NCBI GenBank assembly: GCA_039920385.1 | Contig: JBDSDR010000013.1 | Span: 1 to 57,779 of the forward strand | Direction: 5' to 3' | Length of the DNA: 57,779 nucleotides | Origin: Candidatus Saccharimonadales bacterium | Lineage (GTDB): Bacteria; Patescibacteriota; Saccharimonadia; Saccharimonadales; JAUPVS01 | Shown here: positions 45,533 through 55,732 of the stretch, one piece after another | Layout: the number at the start of each line of letters is the position of its first letter | How positions within the stretch are numbered: position 1 is the first letter of the stretch | Notes under the pieces: generated by a model | The model's input: the letters and a program-made list of their open reading frames with translations, nothing else | Database searches by the model: none | Told to the model about the DNA's origin: nothing | Made by a program: the position numbers and the translations under genes

Positions 45533-46998
45533 TAACTCCAGAAGTTCGTAAAAAGTATACTGTGACGATTGGGATTGAGTGTCATGTCCAGCTTAAGACC
45601 AAGACCAAGTTGTTCTCGGCCGTTGGCAATGATGCCCGCGAAGCTCCGCCCAACACGCTAATCAGCCACATCGATCTTGGCATGCCTGGTGCTTTGCCGG
45701 TGCTCAACCAAAAAGCCGTCGAGCTCGGTATGCGCGCCGCTTTTGCGCTTGGCACTGAGCCGCAACCGTTTAGTAAGTTTGATCGCAAGCATTACTTTTA
45801 TCCTGATTTACCGATGGGCTATCAGATCACCCAGTTCTATAATCCGATTATTCGGAATGGCATAGTTGAGATTACTGTGGAAGGCCAGCCTAAGACAGTT
45901 CGCATTCTCGAAGCTCATCTCGAAGCCGATGCCGGTAAAAGTACTCACCCAGCTGGCAAAGACTACAGTTTAGTTGATTTGAACCGGGCCGGTACGCCAC
46001 TGCTCGAAATTGTGTCTGAACCAGATATGCATACGCCACTCGAGGCCAAGACTTACGCCAAAGAACTGTGGCTACTGATGCGCTATGCCGGGGTATCAGA
46101 CGCTAGTTTGTACTACGGCAATATGCGTTTTGACGTTAACGTGTCAGTTAGTAAAACTGCCAACCTTGGAACCCGTACCGAAACCAAAAACCTCAACAGC
46201 TTTAAGTCGGTCGAAAAATCGATTGAGTACGAAACCGTTCGGCAGATTGAGCAACTTGAAAAAGGCACTCCAATTGTTCAGGAAACCATGGGCTGGGATG
46301 AAGCCAAGCAAAAAACCTACAGCATGCGTAGCAAAGAAGAAGCCCACGACTACCGCTATATGCCCGAGCCTGACGTGCCGCCAATTGAACTCACCGAAGC
46401 CATGATTAAGCCAATTCGCGAATCGATGCCAGCCCTTCCGGGTGAATGGCGTCAAAGACTTGCCAAGCTCGGTATGGACCAGAGTCAGACCGATAGCTTG
46501 CTCGAGGCCGAAGTCGAAAATGAGAATATCGAGTATTTAAATATTATCGAAGAGCTGTTAACTAAACCCGATGAGGCCAAGGCAATCGCCAATTGGATGG
46601 TTAACCTCGAAATCCCGCTACGCCGCGAAAAACCTCAGCTTAAAGCCGATTCGGAACGTCAAGTAATCTATCAAACTATCTATCAGTTAGTTAAGGCTAA
46701 TAAATTAAGCTCCACTAACGCCAAAGCCCTATTTATATTAATATTCGAATCAACTAAACCAATTACTGACATCGAAGCTTTAGCTAAGAGCAACGGCCTA
46801 ATCCAGGTTTCTGACACTGGCGCTATCGACAAAATTGTCAGTGAAGTATTAAAAGCCAACTCTGCCGCCGCCAATGACGTTAAAAACGGCGAAATGAAAG
46901 CTATCGGCTTTTTAGTTGGTCAGGTTATGAAGCAGTCTAAAGGTCAGGCCAACCCACAAATGGCTCAAGAGTTGATTAAAAAACAACTTGGTCTCTAG
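45529..46998 (+). CDS. gatB: Asp/Glu-tRNA amidotransferase subunit B
   Basis: GIECHVQL...FDRKHYFYPDLP...NRAGTPLLEIV..., C-terminal YqeY-like domain. Confidence 0.95.
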   Translation: MITPEVRKKYTVTIGIECHVQLKTKTKLFSAVGNDAREAPPNTLISHIDLGMPGALPVLNQKAVELGMRAAFALGTEPQPFSKFDRKHYFYPDLPMGYQITQFYNPIIRNGIVEITVEGQPKTVRILEAHLEADAGKSTHPAGKDYSLVDLNRAGTPLLEIVSEPDMHTPLEAKTYAKELWLLMRYAGVSDASLYYGNMRFDVNVSVSKTANLGTRTETKNLNSFKSVEKSIEYETVRQIEQLEKGTPIVQETMGWDEAKQKTYSMRSKEEAHDYRYMPEPDVPPIELTEAMIKPIRESMPALPGEWRQRLAKLGMDQSQTDSLLEAEVENENIEYLNIIEELLTKPDEAKAIANWMVNLEIPLRREKPQLKADSERQVIYQTIYQLVKANKLSSTNAKALFILIFESTKPITDIEALAKSNGLIQVSDTGAIDKIVSEVLKANSAAANDVKNGEMKAIGFLVGQVMKQSKGQANPQMAQELIKKQLGL

Positions 46999-47007
46999 TG
47001 CTATAAT
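46999..47007 (+). promoter_or_regulatory. extended -10 TGcTATAAT, 7 nt before galU ATG 47015
   Basis: Read directly from the sequence. Confidence 0.5.
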
Positions 47008-47014
47008 AAAACTA

Positions 47015-47914
47015 ATGCCTATCAAACCCGTTCGAAAAGCCGTTATCGCCGCCGCTGGGTTTGGTACCAGATTCCTCCCGCAAACCAAGGCTATGCCGAA
47101 AGAGATGCTACCGTTGGTCGATAAGCCAATCATCCAATATATTGTCGAAGAGCTGGTTGAGGCCGGGATTGAAGACATTGTTATCGTAACTGGTTATCAC
47201 AAGCGCGCCATCGAAGATCATTTTGATGATATGAGTTCCGACTTGCGCAAGAACTTAAAAGATGGCAATAAACTGGAGCTTCTCGAAGCCACCCGAAAAG
47301 TTTCTAACCTCGCTAACTTTGCTTATATACGCCAGAAAGGTCCGTATGGCAACGCCACTCCAATCCTGAATGCCGCCCACTTAATCGGCGATGAACCATT
47401 CATCTATACTTTTGCCGATGATTTTGTGAAGGCTTCGCCAACTCGTTTTAAGCAACTAGTCCAAGCTTACCAAGCCAACCCAGGTGTTATCATGACCGGC
47501 CTACCAGCCGATAAGGACGCCGATTTTAAACGTTACGGCTACATTGGCGGCACCGAAGCCGAGCCGGGTGTTGTCAAGGTCGAGCAAGTGGTTGAAAAAC
47601 CCGGGACACGTCAAGCGTCGCCTTCAAGTCTTGCCTCAGTTAGCGGCTATATTTTGCCTCCCGAAATCTTTAATTACTTACAGCCTGAACTCGACTCTCT
47701 CCCGGCAGGCGAAGAATTTCTTTCCACATCTGTTATCCAGCGTATGATCGACGACGGTAAGTCGGTTCACGCTTGTGTTATCCAGAATGGTAAATTCTAC
47801 GACACCGGCAACAAGCTGGAGTATCTAAAAACAGTGGTAGATTTTGCCCTGGAACACGACGATCTTAAAAAAGAATTTGCGGAATTTCTCGCTACCAAAG
47901 TAGATAGCGTATAA
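47015..47914 (+). CDS. galU: UTP--glucose-1-phosphate uridylyltransferase
   Basis: KAVIAAAGFGTRFLPQTKAMPKEMLPLVDKPIIQYIVEE. Confidence 0.9.
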   Translation: MPIKPVRKAVIAAAGFGTRFLPQTKAMPKEMLPLVDKPIIQYIVEELVEAGIEDIVIVTGYHKRAIEDHFDDMSSDLRKNLKDGNKLELLEATRKVSNLANFAYIRQKGPYGNATPILNAAHLIGDEPFIYTFADDFVKASPTRFKQLVQAYQANPGVIMTGLPADKDADFKRYGYIGGTEAEPGVVKVEQVVEKPGTRQASPSSLASVSGYILPPEIFNYLQPELDSLPAGEEFLSTSVIQRMIDDGKSVHACVIQNGKFYDTGNKLEYLKTVVDFALEHDDLKKEFAEFLATKVDSV

Positions 47915-47921
47915 TAGAAGT

Positions 47922-48176
47922 ATGACTACAGAAACCAGCTTAACTATCCTCGTCGTTATCTTATCAATAACTTTAGTGCTGTTCTTGATCTTGGCGATAA
48001 CACTCGTCGTCAAGCTTATTGCTGTGGCTAATGCTATTAAACGCATTACTCTTAAAGCCGAAGAAATCGCTGACAAAGCCGAGGCTGTCACCGAATTTTT
48101 TGGAAAAACTAGCGGTACCGTAGCGATTGGTAAATTACTTGGTAATATTGCCGATATGGTTAATCGTAAGAAGTAA
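47922..48176 (+). CDS. small membrane protein, DUF948-like
   Basis: 84 aa. N-terminal TM plus a coiled coil; sits beside a YtxH-like gene as in other bacteria. Confidence 0.45.
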   Translation: MTTETSLTILVVILSITLVLFLILAITLVVKLIAVANAIKRITLKAEEIADKAEAVTEFFGKTSGTVAIGKLLGNIADMVNRKK

Positions 48177-48195
48177 TTTTTAAAAGGAGTTTATT

Positions 48196-48615
48196 ATGGG
48201 AAAAGGTAAAAATGTTGCAATTGGCGCAGCTATCGCTGGTGTAGCCGGCTATGTTGCCGGAATCTTAACTGCCCCAAAAAGCGGTAAAGAAACTCGTAAA
48301 GATATTAAAGATAAGGCAATCCAGACTAAAGTCGAAGCCGAAAAACAGCTTAAAAAATTGCACAGTCAGCTAGACGATTTGTTAAATCAAGGTAAAGAAC
48401 TTTCCAGTAAACTATCAGACTCAGCTAAAGCCGAATGGGTTAAGCTAGCCGCCACGGCAGTTACTAGTAAAGATAAAGTTCGTGCTGTATTGTCATCTAT
48501 CCACGAAGGTGGCACTGACGACAAAGACTTGCAAAAGGCTGTGTCCGATGCGACTACAGCAGTCGATCATCTCAAAGACTACTTGGCGAAAAACGTCAAA
48601 AATGCCAAAAGCTAA
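48196..48615 (+). CDS. YtxH-domain protein
   Basis: IGAAIAGVAGYVAGILTAPKSGKETRKDIKDKA. AAGGAG SD 6 nt upstream. Confidence 0.65.
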   Translation: MGKGKNVAIGAAIAGVAGYVAGILTAPKSGKETRKDIKDKAIQTKVEAEKQLKKLHSQLDDLLNQGKELSSKLSDSAKAEWVKLAATAVTSKDKVRAVLSSIHEGGTDDKDLQKAVSDATTAVDHLKDYLAKNVKNAKS

Positions 48616-48868
48616 AAAACCCATAACTAAGCAGCAAAAAGAAGCCCAGCTTGGTCAGATGCTAGTTAACATTTATGAAACTGGCTATTTAGACCGTAGC
48701 ACTGCCTACAAGATGACCTTTGTAAAAGGCCTGTTGGCTGGCTTGGGTGGTGTGATTGGGGCAACTGTTGTTGTGGCCCTTTTGCTGTGGATTCTGACCT
48801 TCTTTAATAATATTCCTCTGATTGGACATGTTTCAGAGAATGTTAAGCAAACAATCGAACAGAAATAG
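48602..48868 (+). CDS. small membrane protein
   Basis: 88 aa from ATG 48602 (MPKAKKP...), with one or two TM helices (GLLAGLGGVIGATVVVALLLWIL). Confidence 0.4.
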   Translation: MPKAKKPITKQQKEAQLGQMLVNIYETGYLDRSTAYKMTFVKGLLAGLGGVIGATVVVALLLWILTFFNNIPLIGHVSENVKQTIEQK

Positions 48869-48905
48869 TGTTGTAAAGCCTGCTGCCGTACTGCCATCGA
48901 CCTTC

Positions 48906-48920
48906 TATAATTGCTATAAT
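48906..48920 (+). promoter_or_regulatory. tandem -10 boxes TATAAT-tgc-TATAAT upstream of dnaE (leadered, AAGGAAG SD at 48947-48953)
   Basis: Read directly from the sequence. Confidence 0.4.
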
Positions 48921-48955
48921 AAGATTAGAAAAAGTGCGAGGGTAACAAGGAAGAC

Positions 48956-51900
48956 ATGCCAGGGAAGACGCTATCACCACGTGATTACGTGCATCTGCAC
49001 AATCACACCCAATACAGCTTGCTGGACGGCTTAACTAAAGTCCCAGCTCTGTTTGATTATGTCGAGAAATCTGGCATGGAAGCCGTCGCCATTACCGACC
49101 ATGGCACATTGTCGGGCTTAATTGAATTCTACAAAGAGGGGCATGATCGCAAAAATGTGAAGCCGATTTTGGGCATGGAGACCTACGTAGCCAGCCGTAA
49201 GCACACCGATAAAGAGCCCGGCAAAGACAAGATCTACAATCATCTTATTTTGCTGGCCATGAACAATACCGGTTACCAAAACCTGATGCGCCTTAGCACG
49301 ATTGCTAACCTGCAGGGGTTTTACTACAAACCGCGCGTCGACCACGAACTACTCGAAAAGTACAACGAAGGTTTAATAGTATTAAGTGGCTGTATTGGTG
49401 GAGAAGTGGGCGATTTACTACGCCAAGACCAGTACGATAAGGCTAAAGAAGTCGCTAGCTGGTACAAAAAAGTCTTTGGCGATCGCTATTATCTGGAGTT
49501 TCAAGATCATGGCCACCCCGATCACCCGTCTAAGTGGGACGAACAGGTCGCCGTTACCGAAAAGACCCATAAGTTGGCCAAGGAGCTTGATATTAAAGGG
49601 GTAGTTACCTGTGATGCTCACTACTTGGAGCATAAAGATCAAGAGGCCCATGAAATTCTTTTATGTGTCCAAACCGGTTCCTATCTGAGTGATACTAACC
49701 GGATGACGTTGGCCAACTTTGAGCTACATGTTACCAAGCCAGAAGAAGTCATAGCCCGCTGGGGCACGGATTACCCGGATTTTATTACCAATACCCGTGA
49801 CATTGCTGATCGTTGTGATGTGACGATTGAGTTAGGCAAAATCCTAATTCCAAAATTCCCGGTGCCCAAGGGTAAAACCGAAAAAAGCTACCTCGACGAA
49901 CTAGTCTATAAGGGTTTAGCTTGGCGGTACGGCAATATCCCAGAGGATGAAGCCAACAAAATGTCGATTGCCGAGGTAAAAAAAGTTTTGCCGGAAAATG
50001 TCGCCAAGCGGGCAACTTATGAATTGGGTGTTATCGAAAGTATGGGTTTTAACGGCTACTTCTTGATTATCTCTGATTTTATTAATGCCGGTAAGGATAA
50101 AGGAATCGTGTTTGGCCCCGGTCGTGGTTCGGCGGCTGGCTCGATTATCGCCTATGCCTTAAAGATCACCGAACTTGATCCGTTAGAGTACGATTTGCTG
50201 TTCGAGCGTTTTTTGAACCCTGACCGTATTTCGATGCCGGACATCGATATCGATATTCAGGACTCCCGGCGTAATGAGGTTATCGAGTATTGTGTCGAAA
50301 AGTATGGCACCGAGCGGGTCGCTAATATCGTTACGTTTGGCCGGATGGCGGCACGTAATGCTGTCCGTGATGTTTCGCGTGTCTTGCAGGTGCCGTATGC
50401 TGATGCCGATCGTTTAGCCAAGATGATACCACCACCGGTTCAGGGTCGTCATATACCCTTAGCTACTTCCCTGAAGGATGATCAAGACCTAAAAGCCGAG
50501 TATGAAAATAATGAGCAGTCCAAGCGGGTGTTTGATTTGGCCGTACAAATGGAAGGTACGATTAGAAGCCATGGTGTGCATGCCGCCGGAGTGGTGATTG
50601 CGCCAGATGACATTGTTAAGTTCGCCCCACTCGAAATGGCCCAAAAGGGCGTTGTTGCTACTCAGTATTCAATGAACCCGGTCGAAGAACTAGGCTTGTT
50701 AAAGATGGACTTTTTAGGGTTGTCTAACCTGACTATTATCAAAAATGCTTTGCGTATTATTAAGCGGGTTCATAATGTCGACATCGATTTAAACAGCCTA
50801 CCACTTGATGATTCAAAAACATTCGAATTACTGCAACGTGGTGATACTACCGGAGTTTTCCAGTTTGAATCAGCTGGCATGAAACGCTACTTAAAAGAGC
50901 TTAAGCCAACCGTGTTTGATGATGTTATTGCTATGGGTGCCCTGTATCGGCCAGGGCCACTAAGTGCCGGCCTGACCGACAGTTTTATTAAGCGTAAAAA
51001 TGGTCACGAAAAAATTATTTATGGACATGAGCTAATGCGGCCTGCTCTTGAAAGTACTTACGGAGTGCTAGTGTACCAAGAACAGTTTATGCAGATTTCG
51101 CGCGATGTTTGTGGTTTTACAGGTGGTGAGGCCGATACTTTGCGAAAGGCGATTGGTAAGAAGAAGCGTGACATGATGGCAAAAATGGAAAAGCGCTTTA
51201 TTGAAGGGGCTGTTGAGAACGGCGTTGACCGTGGTTACATAGAGAAGTTTTGGAAACAACTTCTAGGCTTCGCCGATTACTGTTTTAATAAATCACACTC
51301 GGCCTGCTATGGTTTAATTTCTTACCAAACTGCTTACCTAAAAGCTCATTATCCAGCCGAGTTTATGGCGGCGCTTATGACAAGTGATTATGATGACACC
51401 GACCGTCTAGCAATTGAAATTACCGAATGTAAGGCGATGACGATCGAGGTATTGCCGCCTGACGTTAACGAGTCGTACCTAGAATTTGCTGTTGTCCCCG
51501 AAAAAAACCAAATCCGGTTTGGTTTGAATGCTATTAAAAATGTCGGGACAGCCGCTGTAGAAGAAATCTTGCGAGCCCGCAGTGTTGATGGTAGCTTTGC
51601 CAGTTTGGAGGACTTCGCCAGCAAGGTTAGTGCCCGAATTGTAAACCGTAAAACATTGGAAAGCCTAATCAAAGCTGGTGCTTTTGAGCGCTTTGCCGAC
51701 CGAGTTATCCTACTTGGCAATCTAGATGCCTTGGTGGCCTACGCTAACCGCTTACAAAAAGAAGCTAATAGTGGCCAGACCGATATGTTCGCCGAACTGG
51801 GCGACATTAAGGTGGTTCCTAAACTAACACTCGAAACTGCTGTTGAACCACATAACTCCCGCGAACAACTGCTATGGGAACGGGAATTGCTAGGTTTGTA

Positions 51901-52588
51901 TTTGTCTCAACATCCTTTGCAGGCTTTCGAAAACTTTTTGCGCGAGCAGGCTGTGCCAATTTCGGAGATTACGCCGGCTCATGATGGTAAGGCTGTCACG
52001 ATAGCTGGGGCAATTAGCGAGATTCGCGAAATTACCACCAAGAAAGGGCAGAAGATGGCCTTTATTAAGATTGCCGATATGAAAGGCGAAACCGAGCTAA
52101 TCCTTTTCCCAAACGCCTACCAGCAAACCACCGGTATTTGGGTACGCGACCACGTGGTGCTGGTGCAGGGTAAGGTTAACTCTAAAGACCGTGATGGCAA
52201 TCCATCGGACGAAGTCAAAATTATGGTCGATGATGCTAGCGAAGTTACAGTCGAACAAGCGCAAGCCTACCAAGCCAAGGGTCGCGATAAAAAAGTTCCA
52301 AAACCAGCTAAAGCTAAGGTTAGCCATAAACCAAACGGCGATGAACAGGCCACAATGCCTGGTATGGAGCGAGTTTACATAAGGCTCGAAGACAGTACTA
52401 ACCAAGAGTTGCTGCTCTCGTTAAAAGAGACAATTGATGCCCATTCTGGCGAAACCGAAGTTGTCTTAGTACTTGGTGCGGCCGACAAAAAGCAGATCGT
52501 AAAACTACCAAGTTTGATGAGTCGTGACGGCACTGTATTAGAGAAACTTCATGCCTTAGTTGGCGAAGCCAACGTCAAACTTCAGTAG
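48956..52588 (+). CDS. dnaE: DNA polymerase III alpha subunit
   Basis: PHP domain HLHNHTQYSLLDG, polymerase core (GPGRGSAAGS, DIDID), OB-fold C-terminus. Confidence 0.95.
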   Translation: MPGKTLSPRDYVHLHNHTQYSLLDGLTKVPALFDYVEKSGMEAVAITDHGTLSGLIEFYKEGHDRKNVKPILGMETYVASRKHTDKEPGKDKIYNHLILLAMNNTGYQNLMRLSTIANLQGFYYKPRVDHELLEKYNEGLIVLSGCIGGEVGDLLRQDQYDKAKEVASWYKKVFGDRYYLEFQDHGHPDHPSKWDEQVAVTEKTHKLAKELDIKGVVTCDAHYLEHKDQEAHEILLCVQTGSYLSDTNRMTLANFELHVTKPEEVIARWGTDYPDFITNTRDIADRCDVTIELGKILIPKFPVPKGKTEKSYLDELVYKGLAWRYGNIPEDEANKMSIAEVKKVLPENVAKRATYELGVIESMGFNGYFLIISDFINAGKDKGIVFGPGRGSAAGSIIAYALKITELDPLEYDLLFERFLNPDRISMPDIDIDIQDSRRNEVIEYCVEKYGTERVANIVTFGRMAARNAVRDVSRVLQVPYADADRLAKMIPPPVQGRHIPLATSLKDDQDLKAEYENNEQSKRVFDLAVQMEGTIRSHGVHAAGVVIAPDDIVKFAPLEMAQKGVVATQYSMNPVEELGLLKMDFLGLSNLTIIKNALRIIKRVHNVDIDLNSLPLDDSKTFELLQRGDTTGVFQFESAGMKRYLKELKPTVFDDVIAMGALYRPGPLSAGLTDSFIKRKNGHEKIIYGHELMRPALESTYGVLVYQEQFMQISRDVCGFTGGEADTLRKAIGKKKRDMMAKMEKRFIEGAVENGVDRGYIEKFWKQLLGFADYCFNKSHSACYGLISYQTAYLKAHYPAEFMAALMTSDYDDTDRLAIEITECKAMTIEVLPPDVNESYLEFAVVPEKNQIRFGLNAIKNVGTAAVEEILRARSVDGSFASLEDFASKVSARIVNRKTLESLIKAGAFERFADRVILLGNLDALVAYANRLQKEANSGQTDMFAELGDIKVVPKLTLETAVEPHNSREQLLWERELLGLYLSQHPLQAFENFLREQAVPISEITPAHDGKAVTIAGAISEIREITTKKGQKMAFIKIADMKGETELILFPNAYQQTTGIWVRDHVVLVQGKVNSKDRDGNPSDEVKIMVDDASEVTVEQAQAYQAKGRDKKVPKPAKAKVSHKPNGDEQATMPGMERVYIRLEDSTNQELLLSLKETIDAHSGETEVVLVLGAADKKQIVKLPSLMSRDGTVLEKLHALVGEANVKLQ

Positions 52589-52599
52589 TCGTAATATAA

Positions 52600-53472
52600 C
52601 TAGCGGATTAAGCCGACGCTCTGGCTGAGCATTGCACAGATGGCTATAAAGGCGATTACTGTTAAATCAATTACCGGATGTTTGACGACAAACTTCTCGC
52701 CTTTACGGAGTGTGCGATGCACTTGAACGCTATGTTTAGCGATAAAGAAGGCCAATGCCGCACCGGCTGCGATACCGATTACTAGTGTGATCCATGGCGC
52801 TTTACCGCCGGTTAAAGCCTGGGCTTTAGTAATAGTCTGGTCGTTCTCGTTGCCATTAGCTTGCAGGCTGTTAAAGCCAGTCACTTTGGAAGTTGTTAAA
52901 TTGACGATTGTATCGGTTGGCGTCCCATATAGGGCGACCACAATTGTCTCCGGGCCTTCGCCACGGAAATTAGGGCTATTAACGATTCCAAAGCCAACAT
53001 CTTTATAGTTGGCATCAAGCAGGTTGGCTTTATGGGAAGGACTGTTTAACCAGCCTTTGATGACTTCGTCGCTAGCACTAAAACCGTAAGCCAAGTTTTC
53101 GCCGGCTTTTTGGTAACTGTAACCAGTGGCATCAATGAATTTCCATGGTGCATTGCCTTCAGGCGTAATATGCGACCAGTAATTATGGTTGGCCATATCT
53201 TGAGCTTTAGCCTGGGCGGCAGCTGTTAATTTAGGATTACTGATAAGCTGACTCTGGCCATTGCTAGCACGGGCATTATTGCTATCAACCAGTAGGCTGC
53301 CGGCATTAACATCGGTGGAGTAAGACAAAACACCACGCTGTGAGCGTTCAACCCCGGGGTGTCCTAACCAGAGTCCCAGACTAACTAAAATCACCAACGG
53401 TAAGTAAGGCCAATAGACTTTGGCGAAGTGTTGAGGATGTTTTTTTGAAGTTTTATGTGTTTTAACTGGCAT
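52600..53472 (-). CDS. CAP/SCP/PR-1 domain protein with N- and C-terminal membrane segments
   Basis: NYWSHITPEG...GENLAYGF...GWLNSPSHKANLLD...VGFGI. N-terminal TM (LPLVILVSLGLWL) and two C-terminal hydrophobic helices. Confidence 0.7.
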   Translation of the reverse strand: MPVKTHKTSKKHPQHFAKVYWPYLPLVILVSLGLWLGHPGVERSQRGVLSYSTDVNAGSLLVDSNNARASNGQSQLISNPKLTAAAQAKAQDMANHNYWSHITPEGNAPWKFIDATGYSYQKAGENLAYGFSASDEVIKGWLNSPSHKANLLDANYKDVGFGIVNSPNFRGEGPETIVVALYGTPTDTIVNLTTSKVTGFNSLQANGNENDQTITKAQALTGGKAPWITLVIGIAAGAALAFFIAKHSVQVHRTLRKGEKFVVKHPVIDLTVIAFIAICAMLSQSVGLIR

Positions 53473-53480
53473 TCTCTATT

Positions 53481-53486
53481 ATTCTA
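53481..53486 (-). promoter_or_regulatory. -10 box TAGAAT (minus strand), 8 nt before the CAP-domain gene ATG at 53472
   Basis: Plus strand attcta at 53481-53486. Confidence 0.4.
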
Positions 53487-53524
53487 CTTAGCTTATGGTT
53501 TTTATTCAAGGCGTAGTGCCGGCT

Positions 53525-54025
53525 TTAACCGAGGATTTTGCAGTGGTACAAAGCCATGGCAGCAGCTTGGACGACATTAAAGGATTCTTTTTGGCCAGAC
53601 ATCGGTATGACTAGTTGCAGGTCGGTCAGTGCCAATACTCCAGCCGGAATCCCTGCGACCTCTTCACCTAAGATAATCGCTAACTTATCGGGTGGGGTAT
53701 AGTCTGGTAAGCTCACGGCAACCGGAGTTTGTTCGAGGCCGGCAATTGTATAGCCGGCGGCCCGCAACTGTTTAACTATTTCTGTAACGTCTTCTGTATG
53801 TTGCCAGACTTGGCTTGTTTCGGCACCTAAGGCGGTTTTGCTAATTTGTTTATGAATTTTATTGGCCTCGTGCGGTAGGCGCTTATCGTCGGGAGCTAAT
53901 GGGTAAGGCGTATAGCCAGTCAAAAACACCTCAGTAATACCCAGCCCATCGGCGGTTCGCAGTAGTGAACCGACATTGTGAGTGCTGCGCATATTGTGAG
54001 CAATAACAATTATTTGGCGAGACAT
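53525..54025 (-). CDS. SpoU/TrmH-family RNA 2'-O-methyltransferase
   Basis: NVGSLLRTADGLG...ILGEEVAGI...IPMSGQKESFNVVQAAAMALY. Confidence 0.8.
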   Translation of the reverse strand: MSRQIIVIAHNMRSTHNVGSLLRTADGLGITEVFLTGYTPYPLAPDDKRLPHEANKIHKQISKTALGAETSQVWQHTEDVTEIVKQLRAAGYTIAGLEQTPVAVSLPDYTPPDKLAIILGEEVAGIPAGVLALTDLQLVIPMSGQKESFNVVQAAAMALYHCKILG

Positions 54026-54031
54026 AGGCGC

Positions 54032-54037
54032 ATTATA
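54032..54037 (-). promoter_or_regulatory. -10 box TATAAT (minus strand), 6 nt before the trmH-like ATG at 54025
   Basis: Plus strand attata at 54032-54037. Confidence 0.45.
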
Positions 54038-54068
54038 GCCTGATTACTTCCCCTAGGGCGACTGCTTA

Positions 54069-54077
54069 TGCTTTAAT
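54069..54077 (+). promoter_or_regulatory. extended -10 TGcTTTAAT, 6 nt before pilB-like ATG 54084
   Basis: Read directly from the sequence. Confidence 0.4.
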
Positions 54078-54083
54078 AGAGTT

Positions 54084-55685
54084 ATGAGCCAAGACGCCCG
54101 TCGTGATGAAGAGCAGGCTACCCTGCGCCGTGCCCGTATTTTGAATATGGCCTATATTGATACCGCGCAAATTAACGAGAAGACTCTTTATAAAGAAGTT
54201 TTGCCGGTAGCCGATTTATATAAGCTAAAAGTCATACCGCTCCAAGCCGATGAGCATAACATTACTTTTGGAGTTACTAATACGACTTCTCAGAAGACTT
54301 TTGAGGATTTACGCAACGAACATCTCGATCAACGGGTTAACTTCGCACTTATTTCTGATGCCGGCTTCCGCGAATACATGAAGCTATACGATCCTCCCAA
54401 AAAAGTTGAGTACGAAGATATTAGTATTAAAAATGCTGGTGACCAAGCAACTGTGGCGGCAGTTTCTGGCACGCTCGAGCAAGTTCGGGCCGACGATACG
54501 CTAGCCTACCTGGTCCAACAAGCCCACAAACTAGGCGCCTCCGACATTCACCTCGAAACTCAGCCCGACCACACCCGCGTACGCTTACGAATTGACGGAG
54601 TTCTGCACATTATTGCCCAGCTCCAGACCGATAAATACCGAGCCCTGATTTCGGCGATTGCCAGTGCTGGTAATATCTCGACGGCGTCACCCGATGCCCA
54701 ACAGGGTCATATTTCTCAACACGTCAAGATGGCCGATGGCTCGCAGGTCGATGTTAACCTACGTCTCGAGACCGTGCCAACCATCAACGGCATGGACGTG
54801 GTGATGCGTTTATTCAATATGGAGCAGTCGATGTACCAGTTGGATAAGCTTGGTTTGAGTGCCGATCAACGCAAGGTCGTCGACGAAATTATCAGTCGTC
54901 CCTCTGGCTTGGTATTAGTAGTAGGGCCAACCGGTTCCGGTAAGACCACAACCCTCTATTCAATGCTCAACTCCTTAAATAGCGATGAACGCAAAATTAT
55001 CACGATTGAAGATCCGGTGGAGTACCAATTTAACGGGATTACTCAAATATCGGTAACCTCAGCTAATAGCCAAGAGTCACATTTTGCCGACAAATTACGG
55101 GCTGTGCTACGCTTGGACCCAGATATTGTGATGGTCGGTGAGATTCGCGATACCGACACTGCCAAGACTGCACTGCAGGCATCTTTAACTGGTCACTTGG
55201 TGCTATCCACCTTCCACGCTTCTTCGGCCGCCGCCGCCCTGACTCGAATGCTCGATATTATTGGCGAAAACCCGTTGTTTGTATCGGCCATTAGGCTGGT
55301 TATGGCGCAGCGCCTGGTCCGTCAACTCGATGACACGATTAAAATTGCTCACCAGGCTGATGCTGCCACTCTGACCAAAATTAAAGCCGTCTTAGACACT
55401 TTGCCAGAAGGCACGCCAAGGCCCGATCTGACTAATCTCACCCTGTACAAACCTGGCAAATCAGCCGATAACCCCTACGGCTTTAAAGGCCAGGTAGCCT
55501 TGCGAGAACAGTTTTTGATGACTGGTGAAATTGCCGTCCTGATGCAAAAAGGCAAAGGCGCTACGGCGCAAGACATCGAAGCGGCCGCTATTAAGAGTGG
55601 CATGCGCACCATGTTGCAAGACGGGATTTTGCAGGTGGTGGCCGGCAAAACTACCCTTCAAGAAGTTTATCGGGTTGTTGGCTAG
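54084..55685 (+). CDS. GspE/PilB-family type II secretion / type IV pilus assembly ATPase
   Basis: Walker A GPTGSGKTTT, Asp box IITIEDPVE, Walker B IVMVGEIRD, His box LSTFHA. Confidence 0.85.
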   Translation: MSQDARRDEEQATLRRARILNMAYIDTAQINEKTLYKEVLPVADLYKLKVIPLQADEHNITFGVTNTTSQKTFEDLRNEHLDQRVNFALISDAGFREYMKLYDPPKKVEYEDISIKNAGDQATVAAVSGTLEQVRADDTLAYLVQQAHKLGASDIHLETQPDHTRVRLRIDGVLHIIAQLQTDKYRALISAIASAGNISTASPDAQQGHISQHVKMADGSQVDVNLRLETVPTINGMDVVMRLFNMEQSMYQLDKLGLSADQRKVVDEIISRPSGLVLVVGPTGSGKTTTLYSMLNSLNSDERKIITIEDPVEYQFNGITQISVTSANSQESHFADKLRAVLRLDPDIVMVGEIRDTDTAKTALQASLTGHLVLSTFHASSAAAALTRMLDIIGENPLFVSAIRLVMAQRLVRQLDDTIKIAHQADAATLTKIKAVLDTLPEGTPRPDLTNLTLYKPGKSADNPYGFKGQVALREQFLMTGEIAVLMQKGKGATAQDIEAAAIKSGMRTMLQDGILQVVAGKTTLQEVYRVVG

Positions 55686-55732
55686 CTAAGACTCTTGCAA
55701 ATAACAGGGAAGTAATGTAAAATTGTTTAGAT

